DNA of 64,000 nucleotides from Squalus acanthias (GCA_030390025.1 JASTWF010000344.1:310001-374000); one strand, 5' to 3'. Numbered from the stretch's first letter, positions 38,193-52,041 are shown. Notes: a model not told the origin generated them from the sequence alone. A program made the numbers and translations.

Positions 38193-39578
38193 TTCCTGGA
38201 CACACGAATCTCCATCAAAGACGGACAACCTCAGCACTTCACTCTACCGCAAGCCCACGGACAACCTCACGATGCTCCACTTCTCCAGCTTCCACCCTAA
38301 CCATGTTAAAGAAGCCATCCCCTATGGACAAGCCCTGCGAATACACAGGATCTGCTCAGACGAGGAGGAACGCGATGGACACCTACGGACGCTGAAAAAA
38401 CGCCCTCGTAAGAACGGGATATGACGCTCGACTCATCGATCGACAGTTCCGACGGGCCACAGCGAAAAATCGCATAGACCTCCTCAGAAGGCAAACACGG
38501 GACACAACCAACAGGGTACCCTACGTCGTCCAGTACTTCCCCGGAGCGGAGAAACTACGACATGTTCTTCGCAGCCTTCAACATGTCATCGATGACGACA
38601 AACACCTCGCTAAGGCCATCCCCACGCCTCCACTACTTGCCTTCAAACAGCCGCCTAACCTCAGAAGTACCATCGTTCGCAGCAAATTACCCAGCTTTCA
38701 GGATAACAGCGACCACGACACCACACAACCCTGCCATGGCAAACTCTGCAAGACATGCCAGATCATCAACACAGATACCACCATCACACGTGAGGACACT
38801 ACCCACCAGGTACATGGTACATACTCATGTGACTCGGCCAACGTTGTCTACCTCATACGTTGCAGGAAAGAATGCACCGCGGCATGGTACATCGGCGAGA
38901 CCATGCAGACACTGAGACAACGTATGAACGAGCACCGCGCAACAATCGCCAGGCAGGATTGTTCCCTCCCAGTCGGGGAACACTTCAGCAGTCAAGGACA
39001 TTCAGCCTCGGATCTGCGGGTAAGCGTTCTCCAAGGCAACCTTAGAAACACACGACAACGCAAAATCATCGAGCAGAAACTGATAGCCAAGTTCTGCACT
39101 CATGAAGACGGTCTCAATCGGGATCTTGGGTTTATGTCACGATACATGACGTGATCCGGACTCGAGTCGTCGTTAGCTTGTTCACAGATGTGATTCCCAG
39201 TAAAAAAGTAAAAATTTTCCCAGTAAAAAAGTAAATTTTTTTTTTAAAGCTTTTCGTTTTACATACAGACGGCAGCTTTTGACACGTTAGAACCCCTGCG
39301 ACTTCACCTCATTGTCTCAGTTGTATCTTGCTATGTCTTTTGATGTGGTACCTTCCTGGCTGACTTAATTAACTTTATCACACCTCGGCAGATAGTCAGG
39401 ATGATTTAATTTATTGGTCTGCAATTGTAAAGTACACATGCTTTTTTTTCCATCTATATATGCTCTGACGATTCTGTATCCAATTTACTTCACCTGAGGA
39501 AGGAGCGATAGTTCCGAAAGCTTGTGATTTCAAATAAAACTGTTGGACTATAACCTGGTGTTGTGCGACCTCTCAATT
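38193..39578 (+). mobile_element. Penelope-like element family A, 3' part (RT thumb, Cys linker, GIY-YIG, 3' UTR); near-identical to 43079-44464
   Basis: Same sequence at offset ~4886; two single-base insertions near the gap. Confidence 0.92.
39490..39527 (+). ncRNA. Minimal hammerhead ribozyme motif in PLE 3' terminal repeat
   Basis: tcac-CTGAGGA-a-ggagc gata gttcc-GAAAG-CTT-gtga. Confidence 0.7.
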
Positions 39579-42500
39579 GTGTATTACAGGACAGTGACAG
39601 TCCCTGTGTGTGTATTACAGGACAGTGACAGTCCCTGTGTGTGTATTACAGGACAGTGACAGTCCCTGTGTGTGTATTACAGGACAGTGACAGTCCCTGT
39701 CTATGTATTACAGGACAGTGACAGTCCCTGTGTGTGTATTACAGGACGGTGACAGTCCCTGTGTATTACAGGACAGTGACAGTCCCTGTCTGTGTATTAC
39801 AGGACAGTGACAGTCCCTGTGTGTGTACTGCAGGACAGTGACAGTCCCTGTGTATTACACGACAGTGACAGACCCCGTGTATGTATTGCAGGACAGTGAC
39901 AGTCTGTGTGTATTACAGGACAGTGACAGACCCTGTGTGTGTTTTGTAAGACAATGCCAGTCCCTGTGTATTATAGGACAGTGACAGACCCTGTGTGTGT
40001 ATTACAGGACAGTGACAGACCCTGTGTGTGTATTACAGACAGTGACAGTCTCTGTGTGTGTATTACAGGACAGTGACAGTCCCTGTGTGTGTATTACAGG
40101 ACAGTGACAGACCCTGTGTGTGTACTACAGGACAGTGACAGTCCCTGTGTATTGCAGGACAGTGACAGACCCTGTGTGTGTATTATAGGACAGTGACAGT
40201 CCCTGTCTGTGTATTACAGGACAGTGACAGACCCTGTGTGTGTACTACAGGACAGTGACAGTCCCTGTGTATTGCAGGACAGTAACAGACCCTGTGTGTG
40301 TATTACAGGACAGTGACAGTCCCTGTCTGTGTATTACAGTCCCTGTGTGTGTATTACCGGACAGTGACAGTCTCTGTTTTCAGGACAGTGACAGTCCCTG
40401 TGTATTACAGGACAGCGACAGACCCTGTGTATTACAGGGCAGTTGCAGTCCCTGTGTATTACAGGACAGTGACAGACCCTGTGTGTGTATTACCGGACAG
40501 TGACAGTCTCTGTGTGTGTTTTGCAGGACAGTGACAGACCCTGTGTGTGTATTACAGGCAGTGACAGTCCCTGTGTGTGTATATCACATGACAGTGAAAG
40601 TCTCTGTATTACAGGACAGTGACAATCCCTGTGAATTACAGGACAGTGACAGACGCTGTGTATTACAGGACAGTGACAGACCCTGTGTGTGTATTACAAG
40701 ACAGTGACAGTACCTGTCTATTACAGGTCAGTGACAGTCCCTGTCTGTTTATTACAGGACAGTGACAGACCCTGTGTGTGTATTACAGGACAGTGACAGT
40801 CCCTGTGTGTGTATTACAAGACAGTGACAGTACCTGTCTATTACAGGTCAGTGACAGTCCCTGTCTGTTTATTACAGGACAGTGACAGACCCTGTGTGTG
40901 TATTACAGGACAGTGACAGTCCCCGTCTGTGTATTGCAGGACAGTGACAGTCTCTGTATTACAGGACAGTGACAGTCCCTGTGTATTACAGGACAGTGAC
41001 AGTCCCCGTCTGTGTATTGCAGGACAGTGACAGTCTCTGTGTATTACAGGACAGTGACAGACCCTGTGTGTGTATTACAGGAGAGTGACAGACCCTGTGT
41101 GTGTATTACAGGACAGTGACAGACCCTGTTTGTGTATTACAGGACAGTGACAGACCCTGCGTGTGTATTACAGGACAGTGACAGACCCTGCGTGTGTATG
41201 TCAGGACAGTGACAGTCTCTGTGTGTGTATTACCGGACAGTGACAGTCTCTGTATTACAGGACAGTGACAGTCCCTGTGTATTACAGGACAGCGACAGTC
41301 CCTGTGTATTACAGGACAGCGACAGTCCCTGTGTATTACAGGACAGCGACAGACCCTGTGTAATACAGGACAGTGACAGACCCTGTGTGTGTATTACAGG
41401 ACAGTGACAGTCCCTGTGTATTACAGGACAGTGACAGACCCTGTGTGTGTATTACAGGACAGTGACAGTCCCTGTCTGTGTATTACAGGACAGTGACAGT
41501 CTCTATATTATAGGACAGTGACAATCTCTGTATATTTCAGGACAGTGACAGTCCCTGTGTATTACAGGACAGTGACAGTACCTGTGTATTACAGGTCAGT
41601 GACAGTCCCTGTCTGTTTATTACAGGACAGTGACAGACCCTGTGTGTGTATTACAGGAGAGTGACAGACCCTGTGTGTGTATTACAGGACAGTGACAGAC
41701 CCTGTTTGTGTATTACAGGACAGTGACAGACCCTGTGTGTGTATTACAGGACAGTGACAGACCCTGCGTGTGTATGTCAGGACAGTGACAGTCTCTGTGT
41801 GTGTATTACCGGACAGTGACAGTCTCTGTATTACAGGACAGTGACAGTCCCTGTGTATTACAGGACAGCGACAGTCCCTGTGTATTACAGGACAGCGACA
41901 GACCCTGTGTATTACAGGACAGTGACAGTCCCTGTCTGTGTATTACAGGACAGTGACAGACCCTGTGTGTATATGACAGGACAGTGACAGTCTCTGTGTG
42001 TGTGTATTGTAAGACAATGCCAGTCCCTGTGTATTATAGGACAGTGACAGACCCTGTGTAATACAGCACAGTGACAGACCCTGTGTAATACAGGACAGTG
42101 ACAGACCCTGTGTATTACAGGACAGTGACAGACCCTGTGTGTGTATCACACGACAGTGAAAGTCTCTGTATTACAGGACAGTGACAATCCCTGTGTATTA
42201 CAGGACAGTGACAGACCCTGTGTGTGTATTACAGGACAGTGACAGTCCCTGTGTGTGTATTACAAGACAGTGACAGTACCTGTCTATTACAGGTCAGTGA
42301 CAGTCCCTGTCTGTTTATTACAGGACAGTGACAGACCCTGTGTGTGTATTACAGGACAGTGACAGACCCTGTGTGTGTATTACAGGACAGTGACAGACCC
42401 TGTGTGTGTATTACAGGACAGTGACAGTCCCCGTCTGTGTATTACAGGACAGTGACAGTCTCTGTATTACAGGACAGTGACAGTCCCTGTGTATTACAGG

Positions 42501-42710
42501 ACAGTGACAGTCCCTGTGTTTTACAGGACAGTGACAGTCCCTGTCTGTGTATTACAGGACAGTGACAGTCCCTGTGTGTGTATTACAGGACAGTGACAGT
42601 CCCTGTGTGTGTATTACAGTCATGATGCGGAGATGCCGGTGTTGGACTGGGGTGGACAAAATTGAGAGGTCGCACAACACCAGGTTATAGTCCAACAGTT
42701 TTATTTGAAA

Positions 42711-42748
42711 TCACAAGCTTTCGGAACTATCGCTCCTTCCTCAGGTGA
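42711..42748 (-). ncRNA. Minimal hammerhead ribozyme motif in the inverted PLE terminal repeat
   Basis: Reverse complement of 39490-39527; lies sense to CRTC1 transcription. Confidence 0.7.
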
Positions 42749-42969
42749 AGTAAATTGGATACAGAATCGTCAGAGCATATATAGATGGAAAAAAAAGCAT
42801 GTGTACTTTACAATTGCAGACCAATAAATTAAATCATCCTGACTATCTGCCGAGGTGTGATAAAGTTAATTAAGTCAGCCAGGAAGGTACCACATCAAAA
42901 GACATAGCAAGATACAACTGAGACAATGAGGTGAAGTCGCAGGGGTTCTAACGTGTCAAAAGCTGCCGT

Positions 42970-44040
42970 ATGTATGTAAAACGAAATGGCGAAGGATCAC
43001 TGAAAAGACTACACGATAACATAAACAAGTTCCATCCCACCATCAAACTCACCATGGACTACTCCTCAGAATCGGTCTCATTCCTGGACACACGAATCTC
43101 CATCAAAGACGGACACCTCAGCACTTCACTCTACCGCAAGCCCACGGACAACCTCACGATGCTCCACTTCTCCAGCTTCCACCCTAACCATGTTAAAGAA
43201 GCCATCCCCTATGGACAAGCCCTGCGAATACACAGGATCTGCTCAGACGAGGAGGAACGCGATGGACACCTACGGACGCTGAAAAACGCCCTCGTAAGAA
43301 CGGGATATGACGCTCGACTCATCGATCGACAGTTCCGACGGGCCACAGCGAAAAATCGCATAGACCTCCTCAGAAGGCAAACACGGGACACAACCAACAG
43401 GGTACCCTACGTCGTCCAGTACTTCCCCGGAGCGGAGAAACTACGACATGTTCTTCGCAGCCTTCAACATGTCATCGATGACGACAAACACCTCGCTAAG
43501 GCCATCCCCACGCCTCCACTACTTGCCTTCAAACAGCCGCCTAACCTCAGAAGTACCATCGTTCGCAGCAAATTACCCAGCTTTCAGGATAACAGCGACC
43601 ACGACACCACACAACCCTGCCATGGCAAACTCTGCAAGACATGCCAGATCATCAACACAGATACCACCATCACACGTGAGGACACTACCCACCAGGTACA
43701 TGGTACATACTCATGTGACTCGGCCAACGTTGTCTACCTCATACGTTGCAGGAAAGAATGCACCGCGGCATGGTACATCGGCGAGACCATGCAGACACTG
43801 AGACAACGTATGAACGAGCACCGCGCAACAATCGCCAGGCAGGATTGTTCCCTCCCAGTCGGGGAACACTTCAGCAGTCAAGGACATTCAGCCTCGGATC
43901 TGCGGGTAAGCGTTCTCCAAGGCAACCTTAGAAACACACGACAACGCAAAATCATCGAGCAGAAACTGATAGCCAAGTTCTGCACTCATGAAGACGGTCT
44001 CAATCGGGATCTTGGGTTTATGTCACGATACATGACGTGA
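42970..44040 (+). CDS. Open 356-aa PLE ORF: RT palm end/thumb + Cys-rich linker + GIY-YIG endonuclease (no YxDD); ATG comes from the inverted repeat
   Basis: ORF track; GIY-YIG-type VVY...YIG motif; expression unknown. Confidence 0.6.
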   Translation: MYVKRNGEGSLKRLHDNINKFHPTIKLTMDYSSESVSFLDTRISIKDGHLSTSLYRKPTDNLTMLHFSSFHPNHVKEAIPYGQALRIHRICSDEEERDGHLRTLKNALVRTGYDARLIDRQFRRATAKNRIDLLRRQTRDTTNRVPYVVQYFPGAEKLRHVLRSLQHVIDDDKHLAKAIPTPPLLAFKQPPNLRSTIVRSKLPSFQDNSDHDTTQPCHGKLCKTCQIINTDTTITREDTTHQVHGTYSCDSANVVYLIRCRKECTAAWYIGETMQTLRQRMNEHRATIARQDCSLPVGEHFSSQGHSASDLRVSVLQGNLRNTRQRKIIEQKLIAKFCTHEDGLNRDLGFMSRYMT

Positions 44041-44375
44041 TCCGGACTCGAGTCGTCGTTAGCTTGTTCACAGATGTGATTCCCAGTAAAAAAGTAAAAA
44101 TTTTCCCAGTAAAAAAGTAATTTTTTTTTTTAAAGCTTTTCGTTTTACATACATACGGCAGCTTTTGACACGTTAGAACCCCTGCGACTTCACCTCATTG
44201 TCTCAGTTGTATCTTGCTATGTCTTTTGATGTGGTACCTTCCTGGCTGACTTAATTAACTTTATCACACCTCGGCAGATAGTCAGGATGATTTAATTTAT
44301 TGGTCTGCAATTGTAAAGTACACATGCTTTTTTTTCCATCTATATATGCTCTGACGATTCTGTATCCAATTTACT

Positions 44376-44413
44376 TCACCTGAGGAAGGAGCGATAGTTC
44401 CGAAAGCTTGTGA
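44376..44413 (+). ncRNA. Minimal hammerhead ribozyme motif in PLE 3' terminal repeat
   Basis: Identical to 39490-39527. Confidence 0.7.
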
Positions 44414-47400
44414 TTTCAAATAAAACTGTTGGACTATAACCTGGTGTTGTGCGACCTCTCAATTGTGTATTACAGGACAGTGACAGTCCCTGTGTGTGTA
44501 TTACAGGACAGTGACAGTCCCTGTGTGTGTATTACAGGACAGTGACAGTCCCTGTGTGTGTATTACAGGACAGTGACAGTCCCTGTCTATGTATTACAGG
44601 ACAGTGACAGTCCCTGTGTGTGTATTACAGGACGGTGACAGTCCCTGTGTATTACAGGACAGTGACAGTCCCTGTCTGTGTATTACAGGACAGTGACAGT
44701 CCCTGTGTGTGTACTGCAGGACAGTGACAGTCCCTGTGTATTACACGACAGTGACAGACCCCGTGTATGTATTGCAGGACAGTGACAGTCTGTGTGTATT
44801 ACAGGACAGTGACAGACCCTGTGTGTGTTTTGTAAGACAATGCCAGTCCCTGTGTATTATAGGACAGTGACAGACCCTGTGTGTGTATTACAGGACAGTG
44901 ACAGACCCTGTGTGTGTATTACAGACAGTGACAGTCTCTGTGTGTGTATTACAGGACAGTGACAGTCCCTGTGTGTGTATTACAGGACAGTGACAGACCC
45001 TGTGTGTGTACTACAGGACAGTGACAGTCCCTGTGTATTGCAGGACAGTGACAGACCCTGTGTGTGTATTATAGGACAGTGACAGTCCCTGTCTGTGTAT
45101 TACAGGACAGTGACAGACCCTGTGTGTGTACTACAGGACAGTGACAGTCCCTGTGTATTGCAGGACAGTAACAGACCCTGTGTGTGTATTACAGGACAGT
45201 GACAGTCCCTGTCTGTGTATTACAGTCCCTGTGTGTGTATTACCGGACAGTGACAGTCTCTGTTTTCAGGACAGTGACAGTCCCTGTGTATTACAGGACA
45301 GCGACAGACCCTGTGTATTACAGGGCAGTTGCAGTCCCTGTGTATTACAGGACAGTGACAGACCCTGTGTGTGTATTACCGGACAGTGACAGTCTCTGTG
45401 TGTGTTTTGCAGGACAGTGACAGACCCTGTGTGTGTATTACAGGCAGTGACAGTCCCTGTGTGTGTATATCACATGACAGTGAAAGTCTCTGTATTACAG
45501 GACAGTGACAATCCCTGTGAATTACAGGACAGTGACAGACGCTGTGTATTACAGGACAGTGACAGACCCTGTGTGTGTATTACAAGACAGTGACAGTACC
45601 TGTCTATTACAGGTCAGTGACAGTCCCTGTCTGTTTATTACAGGACAGTGACAGACCCTGTGTGTGTATTACAGGACAGTGACAGTCCCTGTGTGTGTAT
45701 TACAAGACAGTGACAGTACCTGTCTATTACAGGTCAGTGACAGTCCCTGTCTGTTTATTACAGGACAGTGACAGACCCTGTGTGTGTATTACAGGACAGT
45801 GACAGTCCCCGTCTGTGTATTGCAGGACAGTGACAGTCTCTGTATTACAGGACAGTGACAGTCCCTGTGTATTACAGGACAGTGACAGTCCCCGTCTGTG
45901 TATTGCAGGACAGTGACAGTCTCTGTGTATTACAGGACAGTGACAGTCTCTGTATATTACAGGACAGTGACAGTCTCTGTATATTACAGGACAGTGACAG
46001 TCCCTGTATATTACAGGACAGTGACAGTCCCTGTATATTACAGGACAGTGACAGTCCCTGTGTATTACAGGACAGTGACAGTCCCTGTGTATTACAGGAC
46101 AGTGACAGACCCTGTGTGTGTATTACAGGAGAGTGACAGACCCTGTGTGTGTATTACAGGACAGTGACAGACCCTGTTTGTGTATTACAGGACAGTGACA
46201 GACCATGCGTGTGTATGACAGGACAGTGACAGTGTCTGTGTGTGTATTACCGGACAGTGACAGTCTCTGTATTACAGGACAGTGACAGTCCCTGTGTATT
46301 ACAGGACAGTGACAGACCCTGTGTATTACAGGACAGTGACAGTCCCTGTCTGTGTATTACAGGACAGTGACAGACCCTGTGTGTGTATTACAGGAGAGTG
46401 ACAGACCCTGTGTGTGTATTACAGGACAGTGACAGACCCTGTTTGTGTATTACAGGACAGTGACAGACCATGCGTGTGTATTACAGGACAGTGACAGTCC
46501 CTGTGTGTGTATGACAGGACAGTGACAGTCTCTGTGTGTGTGTATTGTAAGACAATGCCAGTCCCTGTGTATTATAGGACAGTGACAGACCCTGTGTAAT
46601 ACAGCACAGTGACAGACCCTGTGTGTGTATTACACGACAGTGACAGTCCCTGTCTGTGTATTACAGGACAGTGACAGACCCTGTGTGTGTATGACAGGAC
46701 AGTGACAGTCTGTGTGTGTGTGTATTGTAAGACAATGCCAGTCCCTGTGTATTATAGGACAGTGACAGACCCTGTGTAATACAGCACAGTGACAGACCCT
46801 GTGTGTGTATTACACGACAGTGACAGTCCCTGTGTGTGTATTACAGGACAGTGACAGACCCTGTGTGTGTTTTACAGGACAGTGACAGACCCTGTGTGTG
46901 TATTACAGACAGTGACAGTCCCTGTGTGTGTATTACAGGACAGTGACAGTCTCTGTATATTACAGGGCAGTGACAGTACCTCTGTATTACAGGACAGTGA
47001 CAGTCCCTGTCTGTGTATTACAGGACAGTGACAGACCCTGTGTGTGTACTACAGGACAGTGACAGTCCCTGTGTATTGCAGGACAGTGACAGACCCTGTG
47101 TGTGTATTACAGGACAGTGACAGTCCCTGTCTGTGTATTACAGGACAGTGACAGTCTCTGTATTACAGGACAGTGACAGTCCCTGCGTATTACAGGACAG
47201 TGACAGTCCCTGTGTATTACAGAACAGTGACAGACCCTGTGTATTACAGGACAGTGACAGACCCTGTGTGTGTATTACAGGACAGTGACAGACCCTGTGT
47301 GTGTATTACAGGACAGTGACAGACGCTGTGTATATATTACAGGACAGTGACAGACCCTGTGTGTGTATTACAGGACAGTGACAGACCCTGTGTGTGTATT

Positions 47401-50399
47401 ACAGGACAGTGACAGACCCTGTGTGTGTATGACAGGACAGTGACAGTCTCTGTGTGTGTATTACAAGACAATGCCAGTCCCTGTGTATTACAGGACAGTG
47501 ACGGTCCCTGTGTGTGTATTACAGGACAGTGACAGTCCCTGTGTGTGTATTACCGGACAGTGACAGTCTCTGTTTTACAGGACAGTGACAGTCCCTGTGT
47601 ATTACAGGACAGCGACAGACCCTGTGTATTACAGGACAGTTGCAGTCCCTGTGTATTACAGGACAGTGACAGACCCTGTGTGTGTATTACCGGACAGTGA
47701 CAGTCTCTGTGTGTGTTTTACAGGACAGTGACAGACCCTGTGTGTGTATTACAGGCAGTGACAGTCCCTGTGTGTGTTGCACAGGACAGTGACAGTCCCT
47801 GTGTGTGTATTACAGGACAGTGACAGTCCCTGTCTGTGTATTACATGACAGTGACAGTCCCTGTGTGTGTATTACAGGACAGTGACAGATCCTGTGTGTG
47901 TATTACAGGACAGTGACAGTCCCTGTCTGTGTATTACAGGACAGTGACAGTCTCTGTATTACAGGACAGTGAGAGTCCCTGTGTATTACAGGACAGTGAG
48001 AGTCCCTGTGTATTACAGGACAGTGACAGACCCTGTGTATTACAGGACAGTGACAGACCCTGTGTGTGTATTACAAGACAGTGACAGTACCTGTCTATTA
48101 CAGGTCAGTGACAGTCCCTGTCTGTTTATTACAGGACAGTGACAGACCCTGTGTGTGTATTACAGGACAGTGACAGTCCCTGTGTGTGTATTACAAGACA
48201 GTGACAGTACCTGTCTATTACAGGTCAGTGACAGTCCCCGTCTGTGTATTGCAGGACAGTGACAGTCTCTGTATTACAGGACAGTGACAGTCCCTGTGTA
48301 TTACAGGACAGTGACAGTCCCTGTGTATTACAGGACAGTGACAGTCCCTGTGTGTGTATTACAGGACAGTGACAGTCCCTGTGTGTGTATTACAGGACAG
48401 TGACAGTCCCTGTCTATGTATTACAGGACAGTGACAGTCCCTGTGTGTGTATTACAGGACGGTGACAGTCCCTGTGTATTACAGGACAGTGACAGACCCT
48501 GTGTAATACAGGACAGTGACAGACCCTGTGTGTGTATTACAGGACAGTGACAGTCTCTGTATTACAGGACAGTGACAGTCTCTGTATATTACAGGACAGT
48601 GACAGTCCCTGTGTATTACAGGACAGTGACAGTACCTGTGTATTACAGGTCAGTGACAGTCCCTGTCTGTTTATTACAGGACAGTGACAGACCCTGTGTG
48701 TGTATTACAGGACAGTGACAGACCCTGTGTGTGTATTACAGGACAGTGACAGACCCTGCGTGTGTATGTCAGGACAGTGACAGTCTCTGTGTGTGTATTA
48801 CCGGACAGTGACAGTCTCTGTATTACAGGACAGTGACAGTCCCTGTGTATTACAGGACAGCGACAGTCCCTGTGTATTACAGGACAGCGACAGTCCCTGT
48901 GTATTACAGGACAGTGACAGACCCTGTGTATTACAGGACAGTGACAGTCCCTGTCTGTGTATTACAGGACAGTGACAGACCCTGTGTGTGTATGACAGGA
49001 CAGTGACAGTCTCTGTGTGTGTGTATTGTAAGACAATGCCAGTCCCTGTGTATTATAGGACAGTGACAGACCCTGTGTAATACAGCACAGTGACAGACCC
49101 TGTGTGTGTATTACAGGACAGTGACAGTCTCTGTGTATTACAGGACAGTGACGGTCCCTGTGTGTGTATTACAGGACAGTGACAGACCCTGTGTGTGTAT
49201 TACAGGACAGTGACGGTCCCTGTGTGTGTATTACAGGACAGTGACAGTCCCTGTGTATTGCAGGACAGTGACAGACCCTGTGTGTGTATTACAGGACAGT
49301 GACAGTCTCTGTATTACAGGACAGTGATAGTCCCTGCGTATTACAGGACAGTGACAGTCCCTGTGTATTACAGGACAGTGACAGACCCTGTGTATTACAG
49401 GACAGTGACAGACCCTGTGTGTGTATCACACGACAGTGAAAGTCTCTATTACAGGACAGTGACAATCCCTGTGTATTACAGGACAGTGACAGACCCTGTG
49501 TGTGTATTACAGGACAGTGACAGTCCCTGTCTGTGTATTACACGACAGTGACAGTCCCTGTCTGTTTATTACAGGGAAGTCCATCGTCAGCCTGTCGGAC
49601 CACACCCTTCAACCAGACAAAATCGAAGTTCTCGCCCTGGGCTCAAGTTCTGCCCCACCACCAAAATGGACCCCATCGGTCTCGCGGCGGACACAGAGGA
49701 ATTCATCAGGAGAATGAGGATCCGGGAATACTACCACAAATCCCAAGATGTCAGCAACATTCCTAATGAGACAATCAATGATCCGGAACAGCAGACAGAG
49801 GGAACCGCAGTGCTACAACCTAGTGCTACAACCGAGGAAGAAAGTGTCAAATTGGACCCCTCCGGAGGGTCGCAGCCCTAAGCTTGACATGTATGCTCAA
49901 GCTGTCAGGAAATGCATCAACGCCAGATTCATCAGCCGTACTCACAAGACAGTCCAGAATGTCACCCGAGCACAACGCAACGCCATCCACGCTCTCAAGA
50001 CCAACCGCAACATCGTCATCAAACCAGCGGACAAAGGAGGAGCCATCGTCATACAGAACAGAATGGACTATTGCAAAGAAGCATACCGACAACTGGACAA
50101 CCAGGAACACTACAGACCGCTACCCGCAGATCCGACCAAAGAACACACCCGCCAACTCAATGGACTGATCAAGACCTTCGATCCAGACCTTCAAAACATC
50201 CTACGCGCTCTCATCCCACGTACTCCCCGCGTTTGGAGACTTTTACTGCCTCCCAAAGATACACAAAGCCAACACACCCGGACGTCCTATCGTATCAGGC
50301 AACAGAACCCTGTGTGAGAACCTCTCTGGGTACGTCGAGGGCATCCTGAAACCCATCGTACAGGGAACCCCCAGCTTCTGTCGTGACACTACAGACTTC

Positions 50400-51824
50400 T
50401 TGCAGAAACTCAGCACCCATGGACCAGTTGAACCAGGAACACTCCTCGTCACGATGGACGTATCGGCACTCTACACCAATATCCCCCACAATGACGGCAT
50501 CGCTGCGACAGCCTCAGTACTCAACACCAACAACAGCCAATCTCCGGACGCCATCCTGCAACTCATCCGCTTCATCCTTGACCACAATGTCTTCACCTTC
50601 GACAACCATTTTTTTACCCAAACACACGGAACAGCCATGGGGACCAAATTCGCACCCCAATACGCCAACATCTTCATGCACAAGTTCGAGCAAGACTTCT
50701 TCGCTGCACAGGACCTCCAACCAACGCTGTACACCAGATACATCGACGACATCTTCTTCCTTTGGACCCACGGCGAAGGATCACTGAAAGGACTACACGA
50801 TAGCATCAACAGGTTCCATCCCACCATTAAACTCACCATGGACTACTCCTCAGAATCGGTTTCATTCTTGGACACACGAATCTCCATCACAGACGGACGC
50901 CTCAGCACTTCACTCTACCGCAAGCCCACGGACAACCTCACGATGCTCCACTTCTCCAGCTTCCACCCTAACCACGTTAAAGAAGCCATCCCCTATGGAC
51001 AAGCCCTGCGAATACACAAGATCTGCTCAGACGAGGAGGAACGCGATGGACACCGACGGACACTGAAAGACGCCCTCGTAAGAACGGGATATGACGCTCG
51101 ACTCGTCGATCGACAGTTCCGACGGGCCACAGCGAAAAACCGCATAGACCTCCTCAGAAGACGAACACGGGACACAACCAACAGAGTACCCTACGTCGTC
51201 CAGTACTTCCCCGGAGCGGAAAAACTACGCCATGTTCTTCGCAGCCTTCAACATGTCATCGATGACGACGAACACCTTGCTAAGGCCATCCCCACGCCTC
51301 CACTACTCGCCTTCAAGCAGCCGCCTAACCTCAAAAGTACCATCGTTCGCAGCAGATTACCCATCTTTCAGGAGAACAGCAACCACGACACCACACAACC
51401 CTGCCACGGCAACCTCTGCAAGACATGCCAAATCATGGACACAGATACCATCATCACACGTGAGGACACTACCCACCAGGTACATGGTACATACTCATGT
51501 GACTCGGCCAACGTTGTCTACCTGATACGTTGCAGTAAAGGATGCTCCAGAGCATGGTACATCGGCGAGACCATGCAGACACTGAGACAACGTATGAACG
51601 GACACCGCGCAACAATCGCCAGGCAGGAGGGTTACCTCCCAGTCGGGGAACACTTCAGCAGTCAGGGGCATTCAGCCTCGGATCTGCGGGTAAGCGTTCT
51701 CCAAGGCGGCCTTCGAGATACACGACAGCGCAAAATCATAGAGCAGAAACTGATAGCCAAGTTCCGCACTCATGAGGATGGCCTCAATCGCGATATCGGG
51801 TTCATGTCACGATACAGAACGTGA
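50400..51824 (+). CDS. PLE reverse transcriptase core + GIY-YIG endonuclease (open 3' part of a frameshifted ORF)
   Basis: 474-aa ORF with intact YIDD and GIY-YIG motifs. Confidence 0.85.
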   Translation: MQKLSTHGPVEPGTLLVTMDVSALYTNIPHNDGIAATASVLNTNNSQSPDAILQLIRFILDHNVFTFDNHFFTQTHGTAMGTKFAPQYANIFMHKFEQDFFAAQDLQPTLYTRYIDDIFFLWTHGEGSLKGLHDSINRFHPTIKLTMDYSSESVSFLDTRISITDGRLSTSLYRKPTDNLTMLHFSSFHPNHVKEAIPYGQALRIHKICSDEEERDGHRRTLKDALVRTGYDARLVDRQFRRATAKNRIDLLRRRTRDTTNRVPYVVQYFPGAEKLRHVLRSLQHVIDDDEHLAKAIPTPPLLAFKQPPNLKSTIVRSRLPIFQENSNHDTTQPCHGNLCKTCQIMDTDTIITREDTTHQVHGTYSCDSANVVYLIRCSKGCSRAWYIGETMQTLRQRMNGHRATIARQEGYLPVGEHFSSQGHSASDLRVSVLQGGLRDTRQRKIIEQKLIAKFRTHEDGLNRDIGFMSRYRT

Positions 51825-52041
51825 CTTGACATCATGGCCGGTCTTTCCAGGTTTTGTTTTAAAAAGACTAACACAAATGGAGAGGATATGCAGCCAGCAG
51901 GTGTTTTGACACGTTGGACCCCCTGGGACACATCTCATTGTCTTGGCTGTGCTCTTAGTGTGTCTTTGATGTAGGGAAAGATATGAATAGATTTTTTCTG
52001 TGTTTATATTGTGAATTCTGGGAGATTCTTCACAGCTACCC

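Larger units (their letters stand above)
42622..44464 (+). mobile_element. 5'-truncated Penelope-like element (family A) with inverted 5' terminal repeat (42622-42986)
   Basis: 42660-42986 is the reverse complement of 44138-44464, plus an extra ~40-nt tail (42622-42659); body encodes FLDT, LYRKPT, CHGKLCKTC, VVYLIRC..WYIGET..LRQRMNEH, E..GLN. Confidence 0.93.

Noticed and set aside
36910..38424. Long ORFs crossing the N run
   Set aside because: Artefacts of the gap and the G-rich repeat.
49576..51824. Selenocysteine-encoding PLE, or programmed frameshifting
   Set aside because: Conserved Cys positions use TGC/TGT and there is no internal in-frame TGA in the open part. The frameshifts look like decay (e.g. 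the gtgctacaacc duplication at ~49810-49833) or sequencing indels.
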